Positions 63,808 to 64,000 of a stretch of DNA of 64,000 bases are shown here, piece by piece. The position numbers and the translations under genes were made by a program. Source of the DNA: Setoptus koraiensis (Eukaryota > Animalia > Arthropoda); assembly GCA_048013815.1 (NCBI GenBank), contig CM106585.1, positions 4,898,001 to 4,962,000 on the forward strand. The letters are read 5' to 3'. The number at the start of each line of letters is the position of its first letter. The first letter of the stretch is position 1. The notes below the pieces were generated by a model that searched no databases, was not told where the DNA came from, and saw nothing but the letters and a program-made list of their open reading frames with translations.

Positions 63808-63919
63808 ATGGATAGTCGAACTAAACTAGAACTTCAACAGCAACTCAAGCAACACCAAAAGCAAGATGCTGACTCCTGGCCCAATGAGCCCGAAGAATAT
63901 ATACTTGGTGATGTCATAG
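63808..63919 (+). CDS. First coding exon of a second OXSR1/frayed-type kinase (gene continues beyond the window)
   Basis: MDSRTKLELQQQLKQHQKQDADSWPNEPEEYILGDVI then a phase-1 donor g|gtgaga. Same motif and same intron position as [15 protein letters not shown] at 54585-54627. Confidence 0.8.
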
Positions 63920-64000
63920 GTGAGAGCTGATCTAGTTTTATCTATGACCATCTAATTATCAAAAAGTATACCCACATTATGATCTAACTGTGAACATGAT

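Overview
Eukaryotic (arthropod-like) genomic DNA, not prokaryotic. Tightly packed, mostly intronless housekeeping genes suggest a reduced acariform-mite-type genome (inference only). Left part: an unidentified Ser-rich spliced gene, TMEM120, a 1.7 kb almost G-free tract next to a 500-N gap, kinesin heavy chain, BLOC1S4, an intron-retaining motor-less partial duplicate of the kinesin stalk/tail, and an ELM2-SANT (MTA/RERE-type) co-repressor. Middle (about 22-45 kb): a GC/CpG-rich, microsatellite-rich, gene-poor island with one large Q/N/S-rich exon that can splice in phase to the ELM2-SANT gene across about 15.3 kb, plus many TTACGTAA palindromes. Right part (46-64 kb): two RPIA copies as an inverted duplication, SETD3, PGS1, an OXSR1/SPAK (frayed)-type kinase lacking its C-terminal domain, RPL13A hosting SNORD34- and SNORD33-like C/D snoRNAs, CSTF1, a possible BORCS7, DOT1L, and the first exon of a second OXSR1/frayed paralog. 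No CRISPR array, tRNA, rRNA or transposase was recognised. All calls come from manual reading and recalled family motifs; no searches were run.
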